Assembly (NCBI GenBank): GCA_964016885.1 | Contig: OZ024748.1 | Coordinates: 49,414,001-49,478,000 of the forward strand | Direction of reading: 5' to 3' | DNA from: Eledone cirrhosa | Lineage: Eukaryota | Length of the DNA stretch: 64,000 nt | In this document: one piece after another, positions 24,437 to 37,900 of the stretch | How the letters are laid out: each line of letters starts with the position of its first letter | How positions within the stretch are numbered: the stretch's first letter is position 1 | The notes under the pieces: model-generated | Databases searched by the model: none | Told to the model about the DNA's origin: nothing | What the model saw: the letters and a program-made list of their open reading frames with translations, nothing else | Program-made: the position numbers and the translations under genes

Positions 24437-25783
24437 TTGTATCTGTGTGGCACCTTGAAGAAATGTCTCTTCAGCCACAATCCCTTGTTAATGAAAGCCT
24501 TGTGAATGACATTTGCTGGATGTATGGAAGCCTGTTAAAGTGACCATTTCTATTCTTGGGTGGGGGGACTTAACCCTTTTGATACCAAACTGCTTGAAGC
24601 TGCTTCTCATTCTATTATACTAAAGTTTATTTCCATGTGTTTATATTTATCTAAAAATCTGTCATAATTTCATGTTACATTCCAAACACCAGCTAAAAAA
24701 TCAGAAAGTTAGCTATATTGCTAAATAACCTCAACATTCTTGATTATTTTGAAAATGGTTTAAAAATTATAGGCTTTCTTTCAATAGAAATATGGTAATA
24801 ATGCTGCTTACCTGGTCCTTGGTTGCTTTTAGCTGTATCTATTCTGTTGCAGTCATTTGAATCAAACCAGTTGTCTGCTGTGAGGATAACTACCTCCCTT
24901 TCTACCAAAGCCAGATTTAGACCCACAGAAACTGTAAGAATTGAAAAAAATGATGAGGCCCATCTTTGAATAGGTCTTGGTTCAGCTGCAACTTTGCACC
25001 ATAGTTCATTGAAATCTGGCTCTGGAAAAACACCCTATGGGCCTCCCTTTACTTGAGGCCCTTACCACATGCTTATTTTGCTTAATGGTTAATCCACAGC
25101 TGCTTTCTTCCAAGAGTCTGAGAGACACCAAAAAGGGATCACAACTGCTGCTTATGTGAGGAAAAAATAGAAGAAATCAAATACCTACTCTCTGCTTATA
25201 TGGAATCCCTGTGGTATAGTTAGTTTGTCTTCCTCCAATTTCACCCTTTCACCTTCCATGAAAAACCCAACACAACACAGTATACAAAAAATGTCTCACT
25301 CCAAAAGATGCTCCCAATCCCCTGGACCCTTGGGTAGACTGTCACCCTCTACACCATCTAGCTATGCTACTGTATGATACCCGGTCCTACCTGTCAACCC
25401 CCTTAGATTGTCTTCCAAAGAACATTTTCATTTTTCTGATTGTTGGATATATTTTTAAAATTTTTCTCTAAAGAGATATCTTTATTTTTTTTTTTTGGTG
25501 GGGGTGAGAGATTGTAGGGGTTTATACACCTTTCCTTTCATTAATTCATCTCCATTTACCCATTACCTATTCCTTCTGTCTCTGTGTCTCACTCACACAC
25601 ATCCCTTCCATACATTTGCATACATACATATATATATATATAAAAGCCCCAATCATACTTTATTGGGGTGATACAAGTCAAATTAACTTATTTAATGTCT
25701 CAACCATGGTTTCAGAAGAAACGCAAGATACAGTAGCTGGAATTCCAAGACATTGGAATATATATACATATGTAAACACACGC

Positions 25784-25822
<39 letters not shown>

Positions 25823-25829
<7 letters not shown>

Positions 25830-26622
25830 CTCCAGCTACACCGCGGTTCACTCTTTGTGGTCCTGCTACATCGCGGACTTTTTTGGGAACGTATCTAATT
25901 TCCTATCGCGGTAATCCTCGGTACATCGCGGATTTTTTTCGTTAGAACATATCTATTTCTTTATTGTGGTACATACGCCTGAATAAAAATTTAAATTTTA
26001 AACTTATTAAATAAGTTTCGATGTGATTGAAGTGTATAGCGTAAGGAAGGGGCATCTTAACCCTTTAGCATTTACATTACTCTATATATACTATTATATT
26101 TTCATGGTAAAGGCTTTATCTCACATAATAATATCGAATCTATGAGATTTTGAAAGTATTTATTTTGAGAACAATACCTTAACATCACTTTGAGTGACCA
26201 GTTTCAACAGAAAGAGGTAGAGAATTCTGGTCAGTTTTGGCCAGTTTGAACATTAAAGGGTTAAGGATTTAACTAGAAAAAAATGTGTTTGTGCTTTTCT
26301 CTAATCCATTATAAACCCATCATAGATTGACAGGAGATGTGCAGTGTATTGCCTAGTGGCTAACATGGCTGGTAATGGTTGTCATTGGTAACTAGTGGTT
26401 CGATGGTTGGTGGTAGTTTCTATATGATCCTTACTGGCTGTTTTTGGTGCTTAAATACAAAAGTGTGTTTTAATGAGTTTATATATACTTAGTGTGTAGG
26501 ATAGGTATTTTAAGGCTTAAACGATGAAAACAACGGCTATCTTTATGGTCTCTCTATATTGTGGATTTTCATTTATTGCAGTTGGTTCTGGAACATATTC
26601 CCTGCAATAAATGGGGGATTAC

Positions 26623-26624
<2 letters not shown>
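25823..26624. mobile_element. pogo/Tigger-like relic with nested piggyBac-like MITE (26061-26260)
   Basis: Imperfect TIRs cagtaatctcc...gggattacta. Nested TTAA|CCCTTTAGCATT ... AACATTAAAGGG|TTAA. Confidence 0.6.
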
Positions 26625-26668
<44 letters not shown>

Positions 26669-26834
26669 AATCAGAACGGATTCAGTTCGAAACTGGTTAC
26701 ACCATTACTCACCTGAGTACTCAATACTTGGGGTAGTAGAGTATGGTTATATTATAAAGAGTCGGGACGTGACAGCTGAGGTGTGTGTGTAGGTCTATAT
26801 ATTTAAATTGTGTGTGTGTATATATGTGTGTATG

Positions 26835-26866
<32 letters not shown>

Positions 26867-26899
26867 TATGTGTACACACACACACACACACACATGCCT

Positions 26900-27215
26900 T
26901 CCATAGCCTATATCTACCACAACTTCCTTCTACCAGAACTCTTGGTACTTCTTTAACAAAGTATTACCAATCATATATACATTATATGTTCCAGCTAGTG
27001 CTATCTTCTCTCTTGCACAATACATTTGATTCCTCCTCAAACCCAGTTTTTCTCTCAACTCATCTGTACTTTGTCATTCATGTAAACAATTATAACATTA
27101 CACATCGAATGATCCATATGCTTGATTCATTTTCTTTTCACTTTTGTACTTCCTCTGCATTTAATGCCCACATCTCACTGCCATGCAATTTCACACTTCA
27201 TACACAGACATCATA
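26900..27215 (-). mobile_element. Degraded RTE LINE fragment
   Basis: Nucleotide similarity to 10940-11290 (ctaccacaacttccttctac..., acattacacatc...atgcttgattcattt). Confidence 0.6.
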
Positions 27216-27884
27216 CAACCCATCCTTTACTATAAACCTCCAACAGACTTCATACAACCCATCCTTTGCTATAAACCTCCAACAGATTTCAAACAACCCA
27301 TCCTTTGCTATAAACCTCCAACAGACTTCATATACAGACATCATAGTCTATTCTTTGCTTTAAACTTTAAATACTTCATATATAGACATTATATAGTCTA
27401 TTCTTTGCTATAAACCTCCAACAGACTTCATACAACCCATCCTTTGCTATAAACCTCCAACAGACTTCATACAACCCATCCTTTGCTATAAACCTCCAAC
27501 AGACTTCATATATAGACATCATAGAGTCTATTCTTTGCTTTAAACTTTAAATAATTCATATATAGACATTATATAGTCTATTCTTTGCTATAAACCTCCA
27601 ACAGACTTCATACAACCCATCCTTTGCTATAAACCTCCAACAGACTTCATACAACCCATCCTTTGCTATAAACCTCCAACAGACTTCATATACAGACATC
27701 ATAGAGTCTATTCTTTGCTTTACACTTTAAATACTTCATATATAGACATTATATAGTCTATTCTTTGCTATAATCTTCATATACTTCATATACAGACATC
27801 GTACAGTCTATCCTTTGCTTTAAATTTCAAACAGACTTCATATACGTACATCATACAGTCTATTATTTGCTTTAGCTTTAAATA

Positions 27885-27943
<59 letters not shown>

Positions 27944-28008
27944 GAGAGAGAGAGAGAGAGAGAGACATTATACAGTCTATTCTTTGCTTTAAATTTCAAA
28001 CAGACTTG
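27200..28008. repeat. ~42-44-bp tandem repeat with higher-order organisation
   Basis: Alternating variants (cagacttcatacaacccatcctttgctataaacctccaa / acttcatatatagacattatatagtctattctttgc...) recur in blocks of ~180 bp. Confidence 0.85.
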
Positions 28009-28999
28009 CTAATCACAAAAACCTAATATCAAGCATTTAGCTCCTGCCAAGTTCAACTTTGATTTCATATCCTTCTGAGGTCAATAAAATAAAGTAGCAG
28101 TTAAATACTGGGGTCGATATAATTGACTTTACCTTGGCCTTATGCCTCAATCATTATTATTACTATTAGTAGGGCGGTGGATTGGTAGAGCGTTGGACAC
28201 TATGCTTTGCAACATAGTTACAGCCCTTTACATTCTGAGTTCAAATCCCGCCGAGGTTAGCTTTGCCTTTCATCTCTGCAGGGTCGATAAAGTAAAGTAC
28301 CAGTAATGCACTGGGGTCGATTTAATCGACTTTCTCCTCCCCCCCAAATTGTTGGCCTTGTGCCAGAAACCAGCATCGGTAGAAGGTCGAACACCATGCT
28401 TTGACGCATAGAGTTACGGCCCTTGCCATTCTGAGTTCAAATCCCGCCGAGGTTAACTTTGCCTGTCATCTTTACGGGGTCGATAAAATAAAGTACCAGT
28501 AATGTACTGGGTAATTGCTGGCCTTGTGCCAAACGTAGAAACCATTATTACAAGTTGTCCATATAAATTATTTGTAACATTCCATCATTTCTTTAGTGTT
28601 CTGTTGTTTTGTGTTTACTGAGCAACCATTGTAGTCAGAGGTAAGTACAACAAATGGCACCAAGAAGGGCATCAGGGCCCTAGATCTTTGACTGGAAAAG
28701 GGACTCCATGATGAGTATGAAATCAGTCATGGGGTCAGCACGCTAACCCCTGCTTGTAGATGTGTGTGTGTGTACACACACACACCTCTCTTTCTCTCTG
28801 TATAAAGTTAAATCTGTATATATATAGAGTAAGTAACTGTGACTGCACCAGCCTATATATAGTTATATACATTTTAAAAAGTGTAGGCATGTAAACATGC
28901 CAGAAAATACAAACTTTACTTAAATTGAAAAAAAAACGATAAACACCTTTAATTGATTTTTGAACCTGTGTGTGTGTGTGTGTATATATATGTATACAT

Positions 29000-29030
<31 letters not shown>

Positions 29031-29129
29031 CATACACACCTTGGTGTAGTTTCGGTTACCCACTCTATGTATATACAGATATAACTTGATTATACACTTC
29101 GGTTGCTAACACACTTCTTAATATATATA

Positions 29130-29198
<69 letters not shown>

Positions 29199-30500
29199 CT
29201 GTCTTTCGTTTGTATTTTTATTTTCCCAAATTTCTTTTAGGTTTGCTTTGTTTTTGTTCGTCTGTCTTTGTTATTTTCCTAAGTTTATTATATATAATAT
29301 AAATATATATATATATATATAAGGTATGTGTGTGTGTATATATATACAAACACACACACACACTCTCACATATATGTGTTTGTGCATATCTTTTACCAGT
29401 GTATATCCATGATTGGTGCAAAAGCGAAAATATAACATATAAATCAAATGGTGCTTTCAATAAAATATCCCTTGTGATATTTGTTCTGCCTGAGTCCTAA
29501 TGCTCATCCCTTGTTACAGTTGCTATTAGAAATACAGTGAATCAGTGATTTCCCTGCTGCAACAAACCTATATCCAATGGTGCTTTTGTATATAAATTAA
29601 ATAAAAATAAAATAAATCATACTTATACATTATTAGTTCCTTATTTGATACACACATTCAGTATAACTGAAGATATGTTTTCTGGTACATATATACTTTT
29701 TAAAACACACTCGCACACACACGCATGCACACATACATATATATATATGTACGCATAAATGTGGTTGGTGTTAGGAAGGGCATCCAGCTGTAGAAAACCC
29801 GCCAGACAGTCCTATGCGAGCAAGACAACCACTCTTGCCTCAAGTGGGAAAACTCTCGTCCAAACCCATGCAAGCGTGGAATATGGACGTTAAACGATGA
29901 TGATGGTTATATCGAACAAAATCAGTATTGCATCATCATCATCATCATCATAATCGTTTAACGTCCATATTCCACGCTTGCATGGGTTTGGACGGGAGTT
30001 TTCCCACTTGAGGCAAGAGTGGTTGTCTTGCTCGCATAGGACTGTCTGGCGGGTTTTCTACGGCTGGATGCCCTTCCTAACACCAACCACATTTACAGTG
30101 TGGAACTGGGAGGTTTTTACCGTGTTACCTACACGGCCACATTACAGCGTGGACAGTGTTTTTTTGTCGTGACACCTACACAACCTCATTTGTTTAGGAC
30201 TGGGTGTTGTGGTACCAACATAACTTTACATTGAAAGGGATGGTGTGGGGGTAGTGGGACGGGGGTGTATTTTGTTAGAGGTTCCTACTGACTGTAGTAG
30301 GTTTCACTTTGTTATACATCATATACATGCATCATATACATATTTAATTATTGGCTGTGAAACATATGTCATTAAATATGGATATGATGTAACACTGATT
30401 CTTTGTTCCCATTTATTATTATTGATATTCTGCTCTCCATGAGTATTGAGTGCTCATCTTGGTATATCGCCTCTGAACACAATTCAATTGCACCTCTACT

Positions 30501-30536
<36 letters not shown>

Positions 30537-31200
30537 AGTATGTATGTATGTATACAGACGTACAGTAGTATGTATATATATACGTACATGCACACATATA
30601 TATGTGTGCATGTATGTATATATATATATACATACATGCACACATATATATATGCACGTATCGGTTTCCCGAACATTTATTATAATACTTGGTTTGTTTG
30701 TTTGTTTGTTTACAAACAAACAAACAAACAAACCGAGCATTATAATAAATGTTCGGTAAACCGATACGCGCATATATATATATATATGTGTGCATGTATG
30801 TATATATATATACATACTACTGTACATCTGTATACATATATGTATGTACGTATACATACATACTTACATTTAAGTAAGTGCCGTACTAAGAGTGAGAAAT
30901 GAAATTTCGTTTCATTCTATTCCATTTATATATATATATATATATATATATAAGGGATAACAAAATATCGTTATAGGTAATCCAGTTAGAGGTTGTGAAT
31001 ACTTCGTATTGTGGATAGTTTTAGCGTACGCCTTTGTTTGACTCAACAAGAGGTTACTGTAGGTGGCGAGTTTATGAGTTCTCTTGCACTCCTACGTAAG
31101 ATTATCTTGGAGTAATAATATTGAAAGAGTGAAGAATAACACGGTCAACAGTACAAAAAAGGGTTTTATTTATAAAACCCTTTTTTGTACTGTTGACCAT

Positions 31201-31750
31201 TCCTGGCCAAATTGAATGCCATTGAAAGGAATCTTTGTTGACGGGAATTCTATAATTTTCCTAGTGTCGCCAATGTTGAAAACATTGTAAGCAATGACCA
31301 ACTCCAAATTTATACCACTCACCTCCGTGCGCTACAAGACAACATGAGAGAATGGTTTGTCAACCTTTTGCCGATGGACATTCCAATGTGGGTAGCAGAT
31401 CACTTCATAGCTAACGTCGACAATTTGGATGTTAAATTTCAGGAAGAATTCATTGAACTTCAAGCAGATGACATGATCAAAATTAGACTTTCAAAAATAG
31501 GCGAACCCCTTTTTGGGATGCAAGAGGAAATTCAGCATCGATTTCCACACCTACATGTAGAGGCTAAGAGATTTGCTCTGCCTTTTCCAAGCTCATACTT
31601 AGTCGAGAGGAAGTTTGATGCTGTTTCCAGACTGCACAGTAAGTCTCGCAATTTGTAATTACATTTGGAGATCTCTGGCTACATCTTAGGAAAATTCAGC
31701 CTCATGTCAAAGAGTAAGCTAGACTCCACGAAGCTCAAGGGTCCCATTGA
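31201..31750 (+). mobile_element. hAT (Buster/Charlie, SCAND3/ZBED8-like) transposase C-terminal remnant
   Basis: FQEEFIELQAD...FPHLHVEAKRFALPFPSSYLVERKFDAVSRLHSKSRNL*...GDL.L.L..IQP...AQGSH* matches the hAT dimerisation region; contains stops. Confidence 0.85.
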
Positions 31751-33214
31751 AATGAGGTGAAAGTTAAAGTAAGTTGATTTATCCGAAAACATGGATATGC
31801 TATTGTTACAAAGCAAACTAACAATTTTTTTATTTGTAGTTGCAGTCTGACTGGACTGGAAACCATCTACTACAATTCAATTACTCATTTGTTGTATATA
31901 TTTTACCATTTACTAATAAATATACCCTCCCGCGTGGTTATGAAAACCCTCTTCTGTGGTCTCTAAGCTCACAAGGCAGAGGGGACATCAAGTTAGATAT
32001 CAACATTTATTCTGTCCATTTCCTTAAAGGGAAAATTGGAAAGCTCTGAAATGATATAATTGCCACTTTCTTCCAGATAAGAGCACTCTTTGGATAGACA
32101 GAGTTGCTCTTTTATAAATGTTCAAAATAGCTGGTAACGCCTTGTGGGAATATAACAAATTCAACTGGTCCTTATTCATAAAAAAGAACATTTATGTTCC
32201 TTTTTTTAAAAATGTATTTATTTCCTTTTTTTAAAAATGTATTTATTTCCTTTTTTTAAAAATGTATTTATTTCCTTTCAAGGAATGTATTTATACTCTC
32301 AGCTGCCTGCAATGGTATCTTTGGAATATTGTTAATTTTTCAGTAATCTACTGATATCAAAATCAGTAGTATATTGAAAAATGGAAAAATAGGGGGGGGG
32401 GGGGGGGCGTTTCGTGATTTCGAGGGCAATGGGTTGAGAACTTGTGTTCTAGATGACATTCCTCAAAAGTTTTGCAACTGCCCTTTATGCGCTTTCTCCA
32501 CTCAGCTCTACATGCATGCATATATACATAATGGCTGCATCTTGATTTCATTAGTTGGCATTACTTGATTCCTTTCTCATACATGGGTGGCACGAACACG
32601 ACTCTTTAACCTTTCCAAGGACTTACATTCCCTTCTGCAGCAGTGATTTACATTGCTTTATCTTTAATTGTATGTTTTGTTTTTGTGACTTCTCAAATGA
32701 CACTGGGCTTTGCCGGCCGAAGTACATTGTTTTCCATACTTCCAACAGGAAGAAATACCAACAAGGTGGTCGTGGAGGTGCCACGGCAAAAAAAGCACCC
32801 AACCCACACTGTAAAGTGGACGTGTAGGCGCCACGAAAAAGCACTCAGCACTCACTGTAAATGAGGTTGGTGTTAGGAAGGGCATCCAGCTGTAGAAATC
32901 AAGCCAAATCAGTTCCTGTATGAGCATGGTCAGCCGACCAGACACTGCCCACAACAGGACAACCCGTCTAACCCATGCTAGCGTGGAAGAACGGACGTAA
33001 AACGGTGATGATGATGATGATGACGTCTAAGACAAGCTTTATTGAGGAAATTTTGACCATACACACACACGCACACACATATATGTATATATGTGTGTGT
33101 TTTAAAACCAATACCTCTAAAATGTACCTGTGATGATACTTGCAAGAGCAATGAAATGCTTATGATTTAATACTCGCTTAAACAAGTCTATTTTAAATTT
33201 TCTTTCGTCATGTT

Positions 33215-33345
33215 ATGAACCTCATTGACGAATTATTGTTTCCAGCCTGTGGCGTTCGAGATGTTTGGTGGAGTTGGGTCGCTGGCACCTTAGCCTCGCC
33301 ATCACCCGTGGTAGTGCTGCGAACATATTGGCTTGCTTGAAACAT
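33215..33345 (+). mobile_element. CRE-clade retrotransposon 3' fragment (internally deleted)
   Basis: NYCFQPVAFEMFGGVGS, then HLSLAITRGSAANILAC. Confidence 0.65.
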
Positions 33346-33974
33346 TTTCTGTTGACCATTGTAATGTGCGGCCGATTGGTGGTGAATTGATGGTCGTTTT
33401 TGTTTTTGTTTTCCCCTTTTTTGTATCTTTCTCTCGATTTGGTCGTATATTTTGGTGCTTTATATTTGGGAGGTTCTTAGCAATTGTATTTATCAATAAT
33501 ACTAATAATTGTTTCTATTTTAGGCAAATACCCAGCAAATACCCAGTACATTACTGGTACTTTATTTTATCGACCCCGTAAGGATGAAAGGCAAAGTTAA
33601 CCTCGGCAGGATTTGAACTCAGATCGTAAAGGGACGTAACTATGCTGGAAAGCATGTCCGACCCTCTACCGATACTGCCAATTCACCGCCCTTAATAATA
33701 ATACTAATAATGACTTCTAAAGTTATATAAAAAGTGATGGGAAAGACTAATTATCTCTTATATTCACATATATACTGTATTTATAAACCTTATTTAGTAA
33801 GAAAAAAAAGAAAAAAAGGGACACCAAAGGATAGAAATATTAGGGAAATATAGGAAAAAAAAAGAGAAAGAAAGAAGAAAAAGAACGGGAAAGGGAGGGG
33901 GTGACAAGAGCTCTGGTGTTGCAGAAGAGAGGAGGGTGATTGGGATTTGGGCCTAAGGCAAGGGGGCAGGAGTG

Positions 33975-34130
33975 TTGCACCTCGCGTACAAAACGGCAAA
34001 AGCATTCCCCCGGACGATGGCCAGTAACACCCGCTGCAACGGCCACCCAACCTCGCGGGGCTCCTTCCTGAGACGGGCTGCCGATGCTCCGATCTTGCGG
34101 AGGAGCTCGGCAGTACAGGGTCCAAGTACG
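33975..34130 (-). mobile_element. CRE-clade retrotransposon 3' fragment
   Basis: VLGPCTAELLRKIGASAARLRKEPREVGWPLQRVLLAIVRGNAFAVL, in a frame not shown in the ORF track. Confidence 0.75.
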
Positions 34131-35089
34131 CTTGATCTTTATTATTTGTGTATATATTTTCATTCTGAAAGAATTGTGAACAATTTGTATTGTTATTTAT
34201 ACAACTGTGAATACATGTTACCAAGTAAGAGTTATCCCCCTTGACACACCCGCGTGCACGTGAAAGTCTATTAATAGCAAACATTGCTTTTATCAACAAC
34301 AAAGATGCTTGCAAAGAACCTCCAATCAAATTTCTTTTCTTAAATTGAAACAGTAAGAGATAGGAATAGTTAAGAGAAGATTCGAAGAGAGGAAGATAGA
34401 TAGACAGATAGATAGGTAGACCGACAAATATAGATAGATAAACTGACAGATATATAGGTAGATAGACAGACAGATAGTTATTCTATGTACTATATTGACG
34501 AGTTGTAGTGCACCTGAGCACTTTACACAATAATTTCATTATTATTTATTTTATGTAGACAGATAGATAGATAGTTAAGCAGACAGACAGACAGACACAC
34601 ACACACACGCACAGCCGCATATGTATATAAAGAGAGAGAGAGAGAGAGAACGAGGTAGATAGGGAATTAGTGATAGATGCGACAGTAAAAAGGAAAGGAG
34701 AGGTGTGGTAGACAGTAACAAGATAATCGGTGAGAGGGAGGCTTAATACAAGAAGATATTTGATGCAAGGTTTTCTCATACTTGCATGAGTTGGGCGGGT
34801 TTTACTCCAGCACTTGTCGATGTTGTTTGTCATCATCTTTTGTGACAGTCTCTTTTGATCAACACCCTCCGTTGCTTCCTATGTCTCCCACAGTCTTACC
34901 TCTTCCCAGTAGCATAGCTACAAGGCAGAGTAACCAGGTAGGAGGGAGGCCTGCCTCGGGCGACACTTTTATGGTGGTAGGGGGGTATTTTGGGGGTTTG
35001 TTGTATATATTTGAACATGTGAGGGCGGGTATGGTCCGGAGGATTAAGGGTGAGACACAAACTGAAGGGCTTGTCAGAATGGCACAATT

Positions 35090-35660
35090 TCTAGCTCTGT
35101 AACTGCCTCATCCATCCACAGGTTCATTCCATTTAAATCACTCAGCAATTCTTTATCCACCCGTCAACCTATATATGCCTCACATGTCCGTACAGTACAT
35201 CTGATTCCTCTTACACCCGTTTCAATTTTTTCCTCTCAGCTTCGTCGTTCATGCACATTAACGTTACACATCCAACAGATCATGCATGCTTCATTTATTT
35301 CAACCCTTTGCATTCAATGCTAATGTCTCGCTATCATGCAACAATGAATTCCATTTAAACATCACCTAGAGTAGCCCTTTGTTACTAGCTGAGGTAGTAA
35401 GCTCTCTGAACTTTTTTCCTACCCCATTCTTACTCTGGTAGGTATAATTTCAGAACACCCACCTCCACTGCTAATTAGGTCATGTAGATAACAAAAGATA
35501 TCAAATATTTCTAGGGAGCCTTCAGGGTATTTAAAGGAATCTATTTCACGTGTACTCTAGCTGCTAACTACCTCTGTATGCCTGATGTTTAACATATACA
35601 AATGTCTACTTTTGCTGTCAGCTTGCCTGCTTTTCTACTACACCTTTTACATTCATAGTT
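35090..35660 (-). mobile_element. Degraded RTE LINE fragment
   Basis: Shares ttacacatccaacagatcatgcatgcttcattt and neighbouring segments with the other RTE copies. Confidence 0.6.
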
Positions 35661-35685
35661 TACACGTTTATATATATATACGTAT

Positions 35686-35727
<42 letters not shown>

Positions 35728-36396
35728 GTAACGAAGGAGTTGTGGTAAGGGACCAGATGGACCGAAACGGCTTGAGCTCTGCCGTTGGGGTCATACGTTT
35801 TTTATATATATCTCCTTGACCGACCGCTGGTCACAGCATGTGCTGTTTTAGCCATACGATGACGCCATTCCACTTACTGGGCGGGCAGGCCGTAAGTCTA
35901 AAATCAGTCTTAAGCCAGAAGGGTCATTTGGCCGGTGCTTATCCCGGTTTCATGGCGTGAAGCGACTGAGAGTACAATACTCCCCCCTGGACAGGACACC
36001 AGTCCATCGCAGGGTTAAACCTCCAACTGTTGCTGGTACTCATTTTCAGCTGAGTAAACTGGAGCAACGTGAACTAAAGTGTCTTGTTCAAGGAAACAAC
36101 ACATCACCCAGTCCGAGAATTGAACTCACAACCTTTCGATGCAAGCCTAATGATCTAACCACTAAACCATGCCTTCACCTTTATATATATAGATATATTT
36201 ATATATATACGTGCACACACATACACACATATATATATATACATACAAATATATTTACATACATACGCACACGCATACGCACAAATACATATATGTGTAT
36301 ATATGTATATATGTATACACTGATTTCAAAATTTAGGCACAAAGCTAACAATTTGTGTGGAGGGGGAAGTCGATTATATCGACCCAGTATTTGTAA

Positions 36397-36538
36397 GGGT
36401 CTTCCAGTTATTGGAACAGCAGCTACCCGCAAGTCCCGCGAGACGGAGTGGCTGTTCCAGCACGTCTCCATCACCATCACCCGGAGCAATGTCTTCTCCA
36501 TCCTATCGGCCAGGACCACAAGGCAGACTCACCCTTAA
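36397..36538 (+). mobile_element. CRE-clade retrotransposon 3' fragment
   Basis: IGTAATRKSRETEWLFQHVSITITRSNVFSILSA. Confidence 0.65.
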
Positions 36539-37317
36539 GTTTCATTTATGGTGGTCACATGTGGAATACATTTACTTCCATAAGCATTAGTAAGTTAAAT
36601 TCCCAGAAACCACGGAATACATTCTATTGTAACGTAATTGTGTCTACTTTTGGCACAAGGCCAGCCATTACCCAGTGCATTACTGGTACCTTATTTTATC
36701 GACCCCGTAAGGATGAAAGGCAAAGTCAACCTCGGCGGGATTTGAACTCAGATCGTAAAGAGACGTAACTCTATGCTGGAAAGCATGGCGTCCGACTCTC
36801 TACCGATACTGCCAATTCATGATTTCTGATTAAGTCACAAGGTCAACAATTTTTTGGGGAGGGAATGTCGGTTAAATCGACCCTAATGCATGACTGGTAC
36901 TTTATTTTATCGACCCCATAAGGATGAAAGGTAAAGCAAGCCTCGGCTGGATTTGAACTCAGAACGTAAAGGGCCATAACTCGGTGCCACGAAGCATGTT
37001 GTCCGACGCCCTACCGATACTGCCAATCCACACAACAGTCTGCTCATGAAATTAAAGTGCAAGTGACAGAAGCATTCCACAACCACGAGCACTCTTAACG
37101 TAGTTCTTGGTTATATTTAGCGCGGCACAGTGTGTGACAAGGCCGCCCTTTTGAAATTACAGGTACAACACTCTTATTTCTTTCGAGTTGAGACCTGCCT
37201 TGCGCAACATGAAATGAAGTTGTCACCCTAACCTAATAAGCTTCTGTTATAGTTTGGGGATGGGGGGGGGGATTACATATATATACTGTACATGTGTATT
37301 ATTATTATTAACTCATA

Positions 37318-37722
37318 GAGGGCGGTGGATTGGCAGTATCGGTAGAGGGCCGGACGCCATGCTTTCCAGCATAGTTACGTCCCTTTACGATCTGAGTTCA
37401 AATCCCGCCGAGGTTGACTTTGCCTTTCATCCTTACGGGGTCGATAAAATAAAGTACCAGTAATACACTGATATAATTGCTGGCCTTGTGCCAAAAATAG
37501 AAAATAATGATTAACTCATACTGAGGGTCGGGCGCCATGTTTTGCAGCATTAGAGTTACGGCCCTTTATGGTCTGAGTTCAAATCCCGCCGAGTTTAACT
37601 TTGCCTTTCATTCTTACGGGGTCGATAAAATAAAGTACCAATCACGCACTGGGATCGATTGAATCGACTTTCCTCTCCCCCCAAAATTGCTGACCTTGTG
37701 CCTATACTAGAAACCATTATTA
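37318..37722 (+). mobile_element. tRNA-derived SINE family A (Nin/Deu-like central domain), two tandem copies; representative of >15 copies
   Basis: A-box-like ttggcagtatcggtaga, B-box gagttcaaatcc, core gcctttcatccttacggggtcgataaaataaagtacc, (tta)-rich tail. Other copies at ~3405-3592, 7516-7645, 8283-8505, 23053-23185, 28150-28550, 33508-33700, 36640-37030, 45700-45910, 46340-46570 and 53810-54290. Confidence 0.85.
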
Positions 37723-37900
37723 GCTCATACTTTTTTTTTTAAATCACCAATACAAAACTAAGACAGAAATTAAAAACATGATCATACTAACATATCTAGA
37801 GCCAATAACTAACAAAACGTTAAAATCATTCAACAAGTTTCCACATTATTGGAGAGGGTTAAACCCCAAACGGCCCTTAGCGCTGGAAGGTTTGGTTAAC

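Noticed and set aside
31344-31658. Domesticated ZBED/SCAND3-like host gene
   Set aside because: Only a C-terminal fragment, with in-frame stops and frameshifts; a transposon fossil.
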